The notes beneath the pieces were generated by a model. The model worked only from the letters and a program-made list of their open reading frames with translations. It was not told where the DNA came from and did no database searches. The translations under genes and the position numbers were made by a program. Positions 35,801-46,301 of a stretch of DNA of 64,000 bases are shown here, one piece after another. This DNA is from Eubacteriales bacterium (lineage in GTDB: Bacteria; Bacillota; Clostridia; Christensenellales; CAG-138), in the NCBI GenBank assembly GCA_035446965.1, contig DAOTGE010000007.1, positions 1,270-65,269 of the forward strand, given 5' to 3'. Position 1 is the first letter of the stretch, and the number at the start of each line of letters is the position of its first letter.

Positions 35801-36323
35801 TGTCAAGCTCGTGCGCCGCGCGGTGGACGAACAGCAGGGCCGCGCGCTCGAGCCGGTCACGGAAACGAGCGTGGACATCCCGATCGACGCGCATATCCCG
35901 CATGACTATGTGCCGAGCGAACTGATGCGGCTCAAAGCCTACCGGCGCATTGCGGATATCGACGGCGCGGACGCGGTGCTGGACGTGACGGAAGAGTTCA
36001 TCGACCGCTATGGCGAACCGCCGCAGAGCGTGACGAACCTCATGCGAATTTCGCTCGTCAAGGCGTATGCGGCCCGCGCATACCTCGAAAGCGTGAGTGT
36101 GCGCGACGGCGAGGCGAAGATGAAGTTTTCCGAATATGCGCATATCGACGGCGGGAAGCTGATCGCCGCGGTCTCCGGTATGGAAGGTGCAAAACTGATT
36201 GCGAGCGATCCGCCGGCGATTGAAATACGGCGAAAAGATGCGGATGCTTTGGCAATCACGGAAAAACTGCCACAATTCCTTAACACAATTGTCCGTTGCG
36301 TTGATACGGACATGGGCATATAA
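32859..36323 (+). CDS. mfd: transcription-repair coupling factor Mfd
   Basis: 1154 aa with a UvrB-homology N-terminus, an RNAP-interacting domain ([12 protein letters not shown]), superfamily-2 helicase motifs ([19 protein letters not shown]), the TRG motif and the D7 domain. TTG start. Confidence 0.93.
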   Translation: MTQQPNNNPILDVLDTAADFRRFSGALEGGKGPAAAFGVAANAKAHLAAALSRTRQVLFVTATDVTAAQLHEAAGLFGAQAELFLPRETPLVYVHAVSGEQRSERISALCALAAGETCVVCASAASLMQVLAPKQAFCESIFSLSVGDSLEPRTLTERLVVAGYERVEMVEGRGQIAARGDLVDVYVPGGEYPVRIEFFGDEIDQMRFFDPVTQRSVEQAPSVQLRPALETPQPKERTAKALKKIAGRVGLMDQEQAWSEGVASVGGDVLLPLLYEKCETVFDYLAPDAVIVVDEALLVDEALRTEQMRFHETVQAMLEREEGVAAQGALERSANETLDRLHTPRTALLYALSRTHPQFTAKEVVTLESRGAPQYMGAMDELARELARLNGAGERTVICAGEQARELQANLAEYGAQTALTEQMPHEFPAGKTLIVPERLARGFSYPALRFNVFTEYEVSGRTERTVRRARSKKHLSFSELNVGDYIVHEAHGIGRFVKVEALTVQGNTRDYLLIEYRGADRLYIPTDQLDRVQKYVGGGDEDTAPPLSKLGGADWANRVSRAKSAAKKLAVDLAALYAERAGAKGFAFSKDTAWQRTFEERFPYELTPDQKQSLDEIKADMESLRPMDRLLCGDVGYGKTEVALRACFKCVQDGKQAAILVPTTILAQQHYNTMRSRFADFPVKAACLSRFQSMKERKEIKRALAEGTIDVIVGTHALLAKDVTFKALGLLIIDEEHRFGVNHKEQIKAYKKTVDVLTLTATPIPRTLNMSMTGVRDISVIETPPEARYPVQTYVLEYTDALIKDAAGRELARKGQVFVVYNRVQNMESMARRLETLLPEARITIAHGQMGETQLEAAMLEFLEHRSDVLLCSTIVESGLDIPNVNTLIVIDADRMGLAQLYQLRGRVGRSSRIGYAYFTVQAGRTMNEKAAKRLMAIREFTQFGAGFQLAMRDLEIRGAGSLLGAEQHGHISDVGYEYYVKLVRRAVDEQQGRALEPVTETSVDIPIDAHIPHDYVPSELMRLKAYRRIADIDGADAVLDVTEEFIDRYGEPPQSVTNLMRISLVKAYAARAYLESVSVRDGEAKMKFSEYAHIDGGKLIAAVSGMEGAKLIASDPPAIEIRRKDADALAITEKLPQFLNTIVRCVDTDMGI

Positions 36324-36390
36324 TGTCAAGTGATACTTACGCGTTCTTTGCGTTTGACGCGGAATATAAGAAAAAGGGAGAAATCGAAAC

Positions 36391-37842
36391 ATGAACAAAT
36401 TCCACTGGAAGCGGCTGCTTTGCGTGCTGCTTGCCTTGTCCCTCGTGCTGGGCGCAGCCGCCTGCTCGCTCAATGACGATGAGGAGGCAACGGCGTCGGA
36501 CGCCGAAACAGCCTATACGGACGAGGAGCTTGATCAGGTTGCTGTCCAGATCGGCGATTATACCATCACCAAAGGCGATATCGTCGACCAGTACGACTAT
36601 ATGGTGCAGCTGTATTCGTATTACGGCATGAGCACGCCCACCGAGGATTCCGAAATCGAATCGATGCAGGACAGCGTGATCTCAACGCTGGTTTCCGATA
36701 AAATTCAGCTTTATGAAGCGGACCTGATGGGCATTACGCTCACGGATGAGGAACTTGCGGACGTCGAAGCTCAGGTTGAGGAAGAGATGCAGTATTACAT
36801 CGACTCCTTCCGCGCAGACGCCGAGGATGAAGGCGCCGAAGACCCCGATGCACGTGCGCTGGAAATCTTTCAGGAACAGCTTGACGCCGCCGAGATGGAT
36901 ATGGACGTCGACGGATTCCGCGAATATATCCGTGAAGAATACATGAACGATGCGCTCAAAACCGCTCTGGAAGCAAAGGTAACGGCCGACGTGACCGCAA
37001 CCGACGACGAGATTCAGGATTATTACGACGAAAACCTTGCGTCCCAGATGGAAAGCTATACTTCCACACCGACCGATTATCTCTCCGATGCGGAATCGTT
37101 CCAGATGGACGGCGGTTCTCCGGTGCTCTATACCCCGGAAGGGTATGTGCGGATCCGCTCGATCTCCATCACGCCTGAAGAGGATATTTCGGACGACTAT
37201 ACCACGCTGAAGTCCGACCTGGACGCGCTTGCCGCGGAATACGGCGAAGCCGCGCTGGACGCGCTCGCTGCGAAGTACATTGCGCAGGGCGCCGACCCCG
37301 CGACCACGACGCTGAACGTCACCGCCGACGAGATCGAAGGCGGCGCGGAGATCATCAGCGAATACGTCGAGAAAAAAGCGCAGGCCGACGAGCTGTATGA
37401 AGAATACATCAAAGACGCGCGCGCCAAGGCCGAAGAAGCCTACGCAGCGCTCGAAGGCGGCGCCTCGTTCACCGATGTTCTGAGCGAATACGGTGAGGAC
37501 GACCTCTACACGACCTATCCTTCGTTTGTGGAAAGCGGCCTTCTGATGTACATGGCCGGCGATGATTCGACCTGGGATGAACAGCTTGTCAAGGCGGCCG
37601 GTCTGCTCAAGGCCGGCGAATACTCCGCAATCATCCAGATTGACGATGTATTCTACATCCTCCAGCTGGTTGGCGACGAAACGGCCGGCGCAAAAGAACT
37701 CAGCGACGTTTACGACGACATCAAGGCGGTCATCATTTCCCAGAATGCGGACACGCTTTGGAACGAAACGCTGGACGCCTGGGAGAACGACACCTCGATT
37801 GCGACCTACTATGAGGATGTTTACCGCGATATCGGTAAATAA
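36391..37842 (+). CDS. SurA/PrsA-like foldase lipoprotein (parvulin domain degenerate or absent)
   Basis: Lipobox LVLGAAAC. Acidic helical SurA-N-like region. The position after mfd is typical of clostridial PrsA-like genes. Confidence 0.6.
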   Translation: MNKFHWKRLLCVLLALSLVLGAAACSLNDDEEATASDAETAYTDEELDQVAVQIGDYTITKGDIVDQYDYMVQLYSYYGMSTPTEDSEIESMQDSVISTLVSDKIQLYEADLMGITLTDEELADVEAQVEEEMQYYIDSFRADAEDEGAEDPDARALEIFQEQLDAAEMDMDVDGFREYIREEYMNDALKTALEAKVTADVTATDDEIQDYYDENLASQMESYTSTPTDYLSDAESFQMDGGSPVLYTPEGYVRIRSISITPEEDISDDYTTLKSDLDALAAEYGEAALDALAAKYIAQGADPATTTLNVTADEIEGGAEIISEYVEKKAQADELYEEYIKDARAKAEEAYAALEGGASFTDVLSEYGEDDLYTTYPSFVESGLLMYMAGDDSTWDEQLVKAAGLLKAGEYSAIIQIDDVFYILQLVGDETAGAKELSDVYDDIKAVIISQNADTLWNETLDAWENDTSIATYYEDVYRDIGK

Positions 37843-37857
37843 GCTCTAAACGGACAA

Positions 37858-37887
37858 AAAGCGGGCGGTATTGATGCCGCCCGCTTC
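37858..37887 (+). terminator. terminator hairpin after the PrsA-like gene
   Basis: agcgggcgg-tattgat-gccgcccgct followed by TCAGTTT (weak T-tract). Confidence 0.55.
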
Positions 37888-37892
37888 AGTTT

Positions 37893-37970
37893 ACCCAAAA
37901 AGTCCTTGGGATTGTTAAGGGCCGCCGCCCTTAACTCGTTTTTTCCGGCTGCGCCGGAATGTCCGGCGCG
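37893..37970 (-). repeat. repeat family A, 3' half copy A4 (inverted orientation)
   Basis: The reverse complement reads gcgccggacattccggcgcagccggaaaaaacgagttaagggcggcggcccttaacaatcccaaggacttttt, nearly identical to the A2 3' half. Confidence 0.8.
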
Positions 37971-38148
37971 GCGGGCCGGCTTAAACGGGGGCACATACTG
38001 AAAAAGCTTGTTTTCCGGGGATTGTTTTGCTATATTGAGGGCAGGACGATGCGCGGACGGATTTTGACCGGACGCGTGCCGCCGCACCGCCGGGATACGG
38101 GCGATTCCGGCAGAATAATTGAAAAAAATATGCAGGAGGTTTTGCACA

Positions 38149-38304
38149 ATGAAGTACGAATGTGTCTGCGGCTATATTTATGATCCTGAATTAGGCGATC
38201 CGGACAACGGCGTTGCGCCGGGCACCGCGTTTGACGATCTCCCGGAAGATTGGGTCTGCCCGGTCTGCGGGCTGGACAAGAGCGCGTTTACCGCGATCGA
38301 ATAG
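38149..38304 (+). CDS. rubredoxin
   Basis: 51 aa, [13 protein letters not shown]...DWVCPVCG (two CxxC pairs). AGGAGG RBS. The upstream part of the track ORF has no RBS. Confidence 0.9.
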   Translation: MKYECVCGYIYDPELGDPDNGVAPGTAFDDLPEDWVCPVCGLDKSAFTAIE

Positions 38305-38321
38305 CGCAGTAAAACAAAAAA

Positions 38322-38356
38322 AGAGCGTTCCGGCTTTTGCCGGAACGCCTTTTTTG
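38322..38356. terminator. bidirectional intrinsic terminator
   Basis: gcgttccggc-tttt-gccggaacgc flanked by an A-tract and a T-tract. Confidence 0.85.
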
Positions 38357-38388
38357 TGCAGCGATTCTGAATTTGTTTGGAGAGACCG

Positions 38389-38796
38389 TCAGCGCTCCGC
38401 CGGTTTTTTGGACGCGGCTTTTTCCATAAAGCGCTCGTTTTCAACGATGAAGCGCTCCTGCGTGCCTTCGCCGATCAGCCCGGCGTCGTCGAACGCGCGG
38501 CAGAAGAACACGAGCCGTCTGCGGTCGGCTTCGGTCAGTTCCGTTTCACAGCGGACCGTCATGCCGACAGGGGTTGCGGAAAGGTGCTTTACATCCAGCC
38601 GTGTGCCGACGGTCGAGCATCCTTCCGGGAGTAAATCCGCGACGCTTTCCGCAGCGCAGAGTTCCATGAGCGCGAGCATCGCGGGTGTGGCGAACACCGG
38701 CAGGCATCCGCTGCCGAGCGCGGCGGCGGTGTTGTCCGGCGTGACCGCAACGCTCTTCTGCGCGGCGATTCCGGGTTCCAGCGAAGGGAACTGCAT
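38389..38796 (-). CDS. hotdog-fold thioesterase family protein
   Basis: 135 aa. The LPVFATPAMLALMELCA...VGTRLDVKHLSATPVG pattern resembles the FlK/YbgC-like thioesterase family. Confidence 0.65.
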   Translation of the reverse strand: MQFPSLEPGIAAQKSVAVTPDNTAAALGSGCLPVFATPAMLALMELCAAESVADLLPEGCSTVGTRLDVKHLSATPVGMTVRCETELTEADRRRLVFFCRAFDDAGLIGEGTQERFIVENERFMEKAASKKPAER

Positions 38797-38935
38797 AAGC
38801 GTACACTCCAGTCGTGATAAAAGATTGAAAAATTGAACCGGCCGGCCGCCGGTCGTTAAGTCGGATGCCAGCGCTCAAAGGAGGCGGCAGCCGATCGGTT
38901 CCGTAAGAAGGCGGCTTAAAGCCGCCGGAAAAATT

Positions 38936-39685
38936 CTACTCGTAGTCTACCACATCTACCCAGCGAAACAAAAGCTCTCTTTCTTCCGGTTTGCCTTTTA
39001 CGGACTGGGAGGCCGCGACGATCGGAATCCATTTTAGCACATATTCCCGCGCCGTGCCGCTTTCCCGGCAGAAAAGATCGAGGTATGCTTCCGCCGTTTC
39101 CGTTTCGCCGGCGAGCGAAAAGAGCAAATAGGTGCGCGCCGCGTCCGCGGAGGCGTTGCCCTGGGTCGCGTGCGACCAGTCCAGGATATACGGCGTTGTG
39201 TCGTCGCCGATGATGATGTTGGTGGGGTTGAAGTCGCCGTGGCAGAGTTTGTTGTGCCGCGGCATGGACTCCAGCCGCGTATGCAGGTCGTATTTGGTCG
39301 CCGTCGGCAGCTCGGTCTGGATGATCTTGCGGTCCATCTTGTCGCGCAGGCGCGGCAGCAGGGGACAGATCTGCTGATGCATGGTCAGCTGCAGGCCGAC
39401 GAACAGCGCGAGGTATTCGTCCATCTTTTCCGGATTCTCCGCCATCAGCGCGGCCAGCGTCTTGCCTGGGATGAATTCCGTCATGAGATACCATTGCTCG
39501 CCGATGGTGCCGACGCCGAGCAGCTTTGGCACATGCAGGCCGGTTTCCTCCACGCGCGCATGGTTGAGCGCCTCGTTGAGCACGTTTGCTTTGCTGTAGC
39601 CCTTTTCAAACACTTTGACGACCGTATCGCCGTCGCGGTAAATCGTTTTGTTTGCGCGCGCCGCAATCACATTCGTTAATTCCAT
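38936..39685 (-). CDS. aminoglycoside/choline kinase-like phosphotransferase (APH family)
   Basis: 249 aa. Catalytic loop LCHGDFNPTNIII and ILDWSHA (DxxxxN...D). Confidence 0.75.
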   Translation of the reverse strand: MELTNVIAARANKTIYRDGDTVVKVFEKGYSKANVLNEALNHARVEETGLHVPKLLGVGTIGEQWYLMTEFIPGKTLAALMAENPEKMDEYLALFVGLQLTMHQQICPLLPRLRDKMDRKIIQTELPTATKYDLHTRLESMPRHNKLCHGDFNPTNIIIGDDTTPYILDWSHATQGNASADAARTYLLFSLAGETETAEAYLDLFCRESGTAREYVLKWIPIVAASQSVKGKPEERELLFRWVDVVDYE

Positions 39686-39790
39686 GGCTGTTCCTTTCCG
39701 CCGGTGAAGCCCGGCCGCGGTTTTGCTTGCAGCGGTCCCGTACCGGATTTATGAGCCGGTACGGAACCGCGAAATCGTCTTTTGCGCCGC

Positions 39791-42421
39791 TCAGACGGGG
39801 ACGTGCGTGCCGTAATAGGCGTTGAGGTACATCTGCCTGATTTCGCGCATGAGCGGGTAGCGCGGGTTCGCGCCCGTGCACTGGTCGTCGAAGGCCTGTT
39901 CGGTCATCGCGTCCAGCCGGTCGAGGAAGTCCTTTTCGTCCACGCCGTAATCGCGGATGGTCTTTTTGACGCCCACGCGTTCTTTGAGCGCGTCGATTGC
40001 GGAAATCAGGTTCTCCAGTTTTTCTTCGTCCGTTTTGCCCTTTAAGCCGAGATAATCCGCAACCTCCGCGTAGCGCGCGAGCGTATGCGGGTGGTCGTAC
40101 TGCGGGAAGGTGCCCATCTTGACGGGGACTTCCGCGGCGTTGAAGCGCAGCACTTCGCCGATCATCAGCGCGTTGGCTATGCCGTGCGGCAGGTGGTGGA
40201 ACGCGCCGAGTTTATGCGCCATACTGTGGCAAACGCCGAGGAACGCGTTGGCGAATGCCATACCGGCCATGGTGGCGGCGTTGCCCATCTTTTCGCGTGC
40301 GACCGGGTCGTTCGGCCCGTTGTCGTAGGCGCGCGGCAGGTAAGCGAAGATCGTTTTCAGCGAACGCAGCGCCGTGCCGTCCGTGTAGTCCGTCGCCAGC
40401 ATGGAAGCATAGGCTTCCAGGTCGTGCGTGACCGCGTCGATGCCGCTCGCGGCGGTGAGGCCCTTCGGCGCGTTCATCATGAGGTCCGCGTCCACAATCG
40501 CCATATCGGGCATGAGTTCGTAGTCCGCCAGCGGGTACTTCACGCCCGTCGTTTCGTCCGTGATGACCGCAAAGGGCGTTACCTCGCTGCCCGTGCCCGC
40601 CGAGGTCGGCACGGCGATGAAATAGGCCTTTTCACCCATCTTCGGGAAGGTGTAAACGCGCTTACGGATATCGGAAAAGCGCATCGCCATATCCAGAAAG
40701 TCCGCTTCGGGGTGTTCGTAGAGCACCCACATAATTTTGCCCGCGTCCATTGCGGAGCCGCCGCCGAGTGCGATGATTACGTCCGGCTGGAAGGCGCGCA
40801 TCTGCTTTGCGCCTTCGCGCGCGCAGGCCAGCGTCGGATCGGGCGCGACGTTGAAGAAGGTTTCGTGGACGACGCCCATCTCGTCGAGCTTATCGGTCAC
40901 GGGTTTTGTGTAGCCGTTCTGATAGAGGAACGTGTCCGTCACGATGAACGCGCGGCGTTTGCCCATGACGGTTTTCAGCTCGTCCAGCGCCACCGGCAGG
41001 CTGCCTTTCTTGAAGTATACCTTTTCGGGTGCGCGGAACCAAAGCATGTTTTCTCTCCTTTCGGCGACGGTCTTGATGTTGAGCAGGTGCTTGACGCCGA
41101 CGTTTTCCGAGACGGAGTTGCCGCCCCAGCTGCCGCAGCCGAGCGTCATGGACGGTGTGAGCCTGAAGTTGTACAGGTCGCCGATGCCGCCGTGCGAGGA
41201 CGGGGTGTTGACGAGGATGCGGCAGGTTTTCATGCGCGCCGCGAATCTCTCCAGCTTTTCCGTTTCCGTCACGGCGTTAAGGTAGATGCTGGAGGTGTGG
41301 CCGTAGCCGCCGTCTGCAACGAGGCGCTCCGCTTTGCCGAGCGCTTCGCCGAAGCTCTTTGCGCGGTACATTGCCAGCACGGGGGAGAGTTTCTCGTGTG
41401 CGAATTCTTCCGAGAGTTCGACGCTTTCGACTTCGCCGATGAGGATTTTTGTCTGCTCGGGCACGGCAACGCCCGCGAGTTTTGCAATGGTGAACGCGCT
41501 CTGACCGACGATTTTTGCGTTGAGCGCGCCGTTGATCAGAATGGTTTTGCGCACCTTCTGGGTTTCTTCGGGATTAAGGAAATAGCAGCCGCGCGCGAGG
41601 AACTCTTGTTTCACGCGCTCGTAGACCGCGTCCAGCACGATGACGCTCTGTTCGGAAGCGCAGATCATGCCGTTGTCGAACGTTTTGCTGTGGATGATGG
41701 AGTTCACGGCCAGCAGGACGTCCGCCGAATCGTCTATGATGGCGGGCGTGTTGCCGCTGCCGACGCCGACGGCGGGCTTGCCGCTGCTGTAGGCGGCCTT
41801 GACCATCCCCGGGCCGCCGGTGGCCAGGATCAGGTCGGCTTCCTTCATGGCGAGGTTGGTCAGCGCGAGGCTCGGCGTGTCCACCCAGTCGATGATGCCT
41901 TCCGGCGCGCCTGCGGCGACCGCCGCTTCCAGCACGACCTTTGCCGCGGCGATCGTACAGGCCTTTGCGCGCGGGTGCGGGCTGATGAGGATGCCGTTGC
42001 GCGTTTTCAGCGCAATCAGCGTTTTAAAGATGGCGGTCGAGGTCGGGTTGGTCGTCGGGATGACCGCAGCGATCACGCCGACCGGCTCCGCAATGCGTAT
42101 CACGCCGAAAGCCTTGTCTTCTTCGATCACGCCGCAGGTCTTCGTGTGGCGGTACGCATTATAGATATATTCGCTTGCATAGTGGTTCTTGATGACCTTG
42201 TCTTCGGCGACGCCCATGCCGGTTTCTTCCACAGCCAGTTTGGCCAGTGGGATGCGCGCTTTGTCGGCCGCGCTCGCGGCGGCCAGAAAGATTGCGTCCA
42301 CCTGCTCCTGCGAATAGGTGGCGAAGGTCTTCTGCGCTTCCCGCAGGCGGGCGAGCGCCTGCTCCAGCGATTCGATGCTGTCGACCGGGATTCTTGCTTT
42401 TTCCTTTTTCATGCTCTTCAT
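39791..42421 (-). CDS. adhE: bifunctional acetaldehyde-CoA/alcohol dehydrogenase
   Basis: 876 aa. N-terminal ALDH domain (catalytic MICASEQS) plus a C-terminal iron-ADH domain (GGGSAMDAGK, HSMAHKLG). Confidence 0.95.
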   Translation of the reverse strand: MKSMKKEKARIPVDSIESLEQALARLREAQKTFATYSQEQVDAIFLAAASAADKARIPLAKLAVEETGMGVAEDKVIKNHYASEYIYNAYRHTKTCGVIEEDKAFGVIRIAEPVGVIAAVIPTTNPTSTAIFKTLIALKTRNGILISPHPRAKACTIAAAKVVLEAAVAAGAPEGIIDWVDTPSLALTNLAMKEADLILATGGPGMVKAAYSSGKPAVGVGSGNTPAIIDDSADVLLAVNSIIHSKTFDNGMICASEQSVIVLDAVYERVKQEFLARGCYFLNPEETQKVRKTILINGALNAKIVGQSAFTIAKLAGVAVPEQTKILIGEVESVELSEEFAHEKLSPVLAMYRAKSFGEALGKAERLVADGGYGHTSSIYLNAVTETEKLERFAARMKTCRILVNTPSSHGGIGDLYNFRLTPSMTLGCGSWGGNSVSENVGVKHLLNIKTVAERRENMLWFRAPEKVYFKKGSLPVALDELKTVMGKRRAFIVTDTFLYQNGYTKPVTDKLDEMGVVHETFFNVAPDPTLACAREGAKQMRAFQPDVIIALGGGSAMDAGKIMWVLYEHPEADFLDMAMRFSDIRKRVYTFPKMGEKAYFIAVPTSAGTGSEVTPFAVITDETTGVKYPLADYELMPDMAIVDADLMMNAPKGLTAASGIDAVTHDLEAYASMLATDYTDGTALRSLKTIFAYLPRAYDNGPNDPVAREKMGNAATMAGMAFANAFLGVCHSMAHKLGAFHHLPHGIANALMIGEVLRFNAAEVPVKMGTFPQYDHPHTLARYAEVADYLGLKGKTDEEKLENLISAIDALKERVGVKKTIRDYGVDEKDFLDRLDAMTEQAFDDQCTGANPRYPLMREIRQMYLNAYYGTHVPV

Positions 42422-42709
42422 ACGCTCCCTTGCCTCGATTTCACTCCGGGGTGCCCGGAATTGTGCTTACGGTGCCGGCAGATTGACGGTCTGATTCGGT
42501 ATTGAAAAACCGATTCGGTGCTGCTGCCGGTTGTCCAGATTTGCCTGTTCTTGCGAAAATGGGCCGTTTGATACGCTTTCCCTTTCTGCAATCCTAGCGT
42601 AGAAGATTTTTGGCAAAAAAAGAAGACATCAAAACGGAATACCGATATATTAATATCGATATAACAATACTGATATGACGAATTAGCAAAGGACGGAGTA
42701 TGGTTCGCG

Positions 42710-43642
42710 TTACAAAATATCGTTGGCCGCCGCGGATTCCTTCAGCTTTTCGAGGAAGAGGCGGTCCTGTTTCGTTTTGCGGTATCCCGCACGGAAAATG
42801 AGCACGTCCCGGCACTCGTTCTGCGGAAGGTCGCAGGGTTTTTGGAGCAGGTTGAAGCAATTCCAAACGCTCTGTGGCTCCGGCGGGACGAGCGAGTATG
42901 CGCCGGGGATGCTGGCGAGCAGTTCCATCTGGCTCGCCCGTTCGAAAACGGAAACAGTCTTTTTGTTTTCCTGCGTCTGCGCCAGCTGCCGCGCCTCCGA
43001 GACGGGCAGGGAAGGCACGGACCAGTCGCCATAGAGGATTTCCGTGAACGGCTCCAGGTCGGCGGCGGCAATCTTCTCTATTCCCGCGAGCGGGTGGCCG
43101 CGGCCGATCAGCACGGCGCGCGGGAACGTCCGGACGACCTCGTAGGTCAGCGAGCGTTCGGCGAATTCACCCAGGAAGTACGGTTCGTACGCGAGCGGGT
43201 ACCGCACGACGCCGAAGCGTGTGATTTCGTTGGAAACGCTCTTGATGGCGCGCATCGGCCCGCTCTCGCGGTAGGAAAAGCAGATGTCTGCATCCGGGCC
43301 GAGCGACGCGGTGAACGCGGCGAACGCGCGGCTGATATAGCCCGCGCGCGGCGCGCAGAGATCGAATTTGAGCCGGTGGTCGTCGGCGGGGCGGTAAAGC
43401 GCCTCCATCTCGGCTACCTGGGAAAGGATGCTGCGCGCATAGCCCAAAAACTCCCGGCCTTTTTCGGTCGGCACGACGCCGCGCGCGGTGCGGTCGAAGA
43501 TTGCGATGCCGACGTCGTCTTCCAGCTCGCGGATGGCCTTGCTCAGGTTCGGCTGATTCATAAAAAGATTTTCGGCGGCTTTGCTGATGGAGCCGGTTTT
43601 CTCCACCTCGACCGCGTATTTTAGCTGCAGCAGGCTGTTCAT
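42710..43642 (-). CDS. LysR family transcriptional regulator
   Basis: N-terminal HTH (LKYAVEVEKTGSISKAAENLFMNQPNLSKAIRELE) plus a substrate-binding domain. Confidence 0.88.
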   Translation of the reverse strand: MNSLLQLKYAVEVEKTGSISKAAENLFMNQPNLSKAIRELEDDVGIAIFDRTARGVVPTEKGREFLGYARSILSQVAEMEALYRPADDHRLKFDLCAPRAGYISRAFAAFTASLGPDADICFSYRESGPMRAIKSVSNEITRFGVVRYPLAYEPYFLGEFAERSLTYEVVRTFPRAVLIGRGHPLAGIEKIAAADLEPFTEILYGDWSVPSLPVSEARQLAQTQENKKTVSVFERASQMELLASIPGAYSLVPPEPQSVWNCFNLLQKPCDLPQNECRDVLIFRAGYRKTKQDRLFLEKLKESAAANDIL

Positions 43643-43820
43643 ATGTGTGTCCTTTCCTGATGAGAGGCCGCCGGCGATGCGGGTTTGCGATCTCGTGTGC
43701 CGTTATAAAAGAAAACCGCCGTTTGTTTCGATATGCACATGGTACCATACCCGGGCGCAAAATTGAAGCGTACCCGGCGGGCGCAAACAGGAAGCGGACG
43801 GCTTTTTCCGATTTGCTCGA

Positions 43821-43849
43821 TTGACCGGGCCGGTTTGCTCGGCTATAAT
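43821..43849 (+). promoter_or_regulatory. sigma-A type promoter of the B12 riboswitch operon
   Basis: TTGACC, 17 nt, TATAAT. Confidence 0.7.
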
Positions 43850-43859
43850 ATCGTTAAAT

Positions 43860-44060
43860 GAATAGCGTGTGCATCTGCGCCTGAAAGAGGCGCCGGCGGA
43901 CAAGCGCCGCCGAGGGAATACGGATGAAATTTCCGGGCTATCCCAGTAACCGTGAAGCCGACGAACGGACAGCGTGCCACTGCTTTAAAAAGCGGGAAGG
44001 CGTCCAAGTAGGATGAAGCCAAGCCGGGAGACCTGTTTGCACATGGACGCTTCTGGGGTG
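43860..44060 (+). promoter_or_regulatory. cobalamin riboswitch
   Basis: GAGGGAAUACGGAUGAAAUUUCCGGGCUAUCCCAGUAACCGUGAAGC, GCCACUGC...GCGGGAAGGC, and the B12 box AAGCCGGGAGACCUG (44021-44035). It lies upstream of a B12-type ABC importer and cobTUSC. Confidence 0.9.
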
Positions 44061-44103
44061 GAGTAAAGCTATGCGGCAAAGGCATGACGCGCGATATGAT
44101 TCG

Positions 44104-44141
44104 TTGCTCCTCTCGATTATGAGTGGAGCAATTTTATTTTC
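44104..44141 (+). terminator. riboswitch expression-platform terminator
   Basis: ttgctcc...ggagcaa stem followed by TTTTATTTT. Confidence 0.6.
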
Positions 44142-44191
44142 GCTCCTTTTCACTATTCATTTGAATATTTTTGAAAGGGGTATTTCATAAA

Positions 44192-45214
44192 ATGAAACAC
44201 CAGAAACTACTTGCAATTCTGCTTGCGCTCGTGCTTGCGTTCGGCGCGCTGTCCGGCTGCGCGGCGGGCACCGAATCCGCCGTGACCGGCGGCGAAGCGC
44301 AGGTCACGGCCGCGGACGCGGCTGAAGAAGCCGCCCAGCCTGCGGAGACGGCTGAAGAAACGGCTGCAGAAGCCGTCAGCTTTACGGACATGGCGGGCCG
44401 CGAAGTCACGCTGGATGCGCCCGCGACCCGCGTGGTCGCGCTCACGGCGGCGGACTGCGAAATCCTGTACGCCATCGGCGCGGGGGACACGCTGGTCGGC
44501 CGCGGCGAATATTGCGACTATCCCGCCGAAGTGGCGGACGTTGCGTCCGTTGAATCCGGCGCGGAAACCAACCTTGAGCAGATTATCGCGCTTCAGCCGC
44601 AGGTGCTGATTATGAGCACTATGGCACAGACCGAAGAGCAGGTCGCCTCTCTTGAGGCGGCGGGCGTGACGGTCGTCGTTTCCGACGCGCAGGACATCGA
44701 GGGCGTATACACCGCCATCGAAATGATCGGTACGCTCACCGGCAAAACCGAAGCCGCCGCCGAAGTGATCGCCTCGATGCAGCAGACGTTTGCCGATCTT
44801 GCGGCGCGTGCTTCCGAACTGGACGGCAAGACGGTCTATTTTGAAGTGTCCCCGCTGGCATACGGCCTCTGGACGGCCGGCAGCGATACGTTTATGGACG
44901 AAGTCGCCGACATGCTGGGCCTGATCAATGTGTTCGGCAATGCGTGCGGCTGGTGTGAAGTGTCCGAAGAACAGGTCATCAGCCTGAACCCGGATATCAT
45001 TGTGACCATCTCCATGTATTACGGCGAAGGCCCGACGCCGGAAGAGGAAATCCTTTCGCGCGCAGGCTGGCAGGACGTTACCGCCGTGAAGGAAGGCGCG
45101 ATCCTGAACCTGCCGGACAACGAGCTCTCCCGCCCCGGCCCGCGTCTTGCGGACGGCGCGCAGGCGCTGTTCGACTTCGTGCTGTCTGTTGTGGAAACGG
45201 AAAATGCCGCGTAA
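44192..45214 (+). CDS. ABC transporter substrate-binding lipoprotein (BtuF/FecB cluster-A type)
   Basis: Lipobox LSGC. Has a RVVALTAADCEILYAIGAGDTLVG-type N-lobe and PGPRLADG near the C-terminus. Confidence 0.8.
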   Translation: MKHQKLLAILLALVLAFGALSGCAAGTESAVTGGEAQVTAADAAEEAAQPAETAEETAAEAVSFTDMAGREVTLDAPATRVVALTAADCEILYAIGAGDTLVGRGEYCDYPAEVADVASVESGAETNLEQIIALQPQVLIMSTMAQTEEQVASLEAAGVTVVVSDAQDIEGVYTAIEMIGTLTGKTEAAAEVIASMQQTFADLAARASELDGKTVYFEVSPLAYGLWTAGSDTFMDEVADMLGLINVFGNACGWCEVSEEQVISLNPDIIVTISMYYGEGPTPEEEILSRAGWQDVTAVKEGAILNLPDNELSRPGPRLADGAQALFDFVLSVVETENAA

Positions 45215-46301
45215 GCGCAAGGAACATAAGGGGGACGGCGTTCCGTCCCCCTCGCTTAAAAGCGCGCCCATAAAAACGCGGGAAGGGTTCCGCGCGGGCG
45301 AGCTTCTTTTTTTCGCGCTCGCAGCGCTGTTTACGGCACTGGTCTGCGTTTCCGCCGGGAGCGTAAACGTGCCGCTCAAAGAAACCTTCGGCGTGATCTG
45401 GAATGCAATTTTCTCCCTGCCGCAGCCGGATACCACGAGCGTGCCCATCATCCTTTCCGTCCGGCTGCCGCGCGTGCTCTGCGTTGCGCTCACCGGCGCG
45501 GCGCTTTCGGTCTGCGGAGGCGCGATGCAGGGGCTTTTGCGCAATCCGCTTGCCGACGGCAGCACGCTTGGCGTTTCGAGCGGCGCGTCGCTCGGCGCGG
45601 TGATCGCCATCGCGTTCGGCGTCACGTTCCCGGGGCTCCCGCTTGCGGGCACGATGGTGCTGGCGATGGCGTTTGCGTTTCTTTCGCTGGTGATTATTTT
45701 AGGGCTTGCGTATAAAATCGATTATTCGCTTTCCACCAACACGATCATCCTCATCGGCGTGATCTATTCCATGTTCGTTTCAAGCATCCTTTCGCTCGTG
45801 ATCACGTTTGCTTCCGATCACATCAAGAGCATCACGTTCTGGACGATGGGGTCGCTGCTCGGTGCGAGCTATCAAAACGCGCTGGTGCTGCTCTGCGCGC
45901 TGGTCGTCTGCGGCACGGTGATCCTGCGCTATGCGCGCGAGCTCAACGCGTTCGCCATCGGCGAAGAAAACGCGCGGCACATCGGCGTGCCGGTCAAGCG
46001 CGTCAAGCTGATCCTGATGATCGCCGTGTCCGCGCTGATCGGCGTTTGTGTGTCCATCGGCGGCAGCATCGGCTTTGTCGGGCTTGTCACGCCGCATATG
46101 GTGCGCATGATCGTCGGCCCGAACCATAAGCGCCTGCTGCCTGCGTCGCTGTTCGGCGGGGCGATTTTCCTGATGCTGGCGGACCTTGTTTCGCGCGTGA
46201 TCCTCAGCCCGCTGGAACTGCCGATCGGCGTGGTCACCTCGTTTGTCGGCGCAATTCTGTTTGTGGTAATCTTTTACCGGGCGAGGAGGGTGCGCGCATG
46301 A
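45204..46301 (+). CDS. FecCD/BtuC family ABC transporter permease
   Basis: About 9-10 TM helices with RNPLADGSTLGVSSGASLGA and GGSIGFVGLVTPHMVR. Start taken at the ATG overlapping the upstream gene end; the exact start is uncertain. Confidence 0.8.
   Translation: MPRKRKEHKGDGVPSPSLKSAPIKTREGFRAGELLFFALAALFTALVCVSAGSVNVPLKETFGVIWNAIFSLPQPDTTSVPIILSVRLPRVLCVALTGAALSVCGGAMQGLLRNPLADGSTLGVSSGASLGAVIAIAFGVTFPGLPLAGTMVLAMAFAFLSLVIILGLAYKIDYSLSTNTIILIGVIYSMFVSSILSLVITFASDHIKSITFWTMGSLLGASYQNALVLLCALVVCGTVILRYARELNAFAIGEENARHIGVPVKRVKLILMIAVSALIGVCVSIGGSIGFVGLVTPHMVRMIVGPNHKRLLPASLFGGAIFLMLADLVSRVILSPLELPIGVVTSFVGAILFVVIFYRARRVRA

Noticed and set aside
40085-42505. 806-aa plus-strand ORF opposite adhE. 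Similar long antisense ORFs occur at 7852-9438, 18325-20178, 32832-34334, 34398-36473, 29449-31080, 46274-47482, 60953-62671, 55765-56826, 21111-22076 and 26054-27043.
   Set aside because: Each lies antisense to a gene with unmistakable family motifs (adhE, AKR/WYL, moeA fusion, mfd, metG, ABC/cobT, typA, Fe-ADH, moaA, mgtE). The translations are Arg/Ala/Gly-rich with no recognisable domains.
42590-42709. AT-rich segment with GATAT-containing repeats and a 10-bp palindrome (atattaatat) in the adhE/LysR intergenic region, considered as a Rex or LysR box
   Set aside because: No TTGTGAA-N6-TTCACAA Rex-like site is present, and the palindrome is short and expected by chance in AT-rich DNA. This is not enough to call a site.
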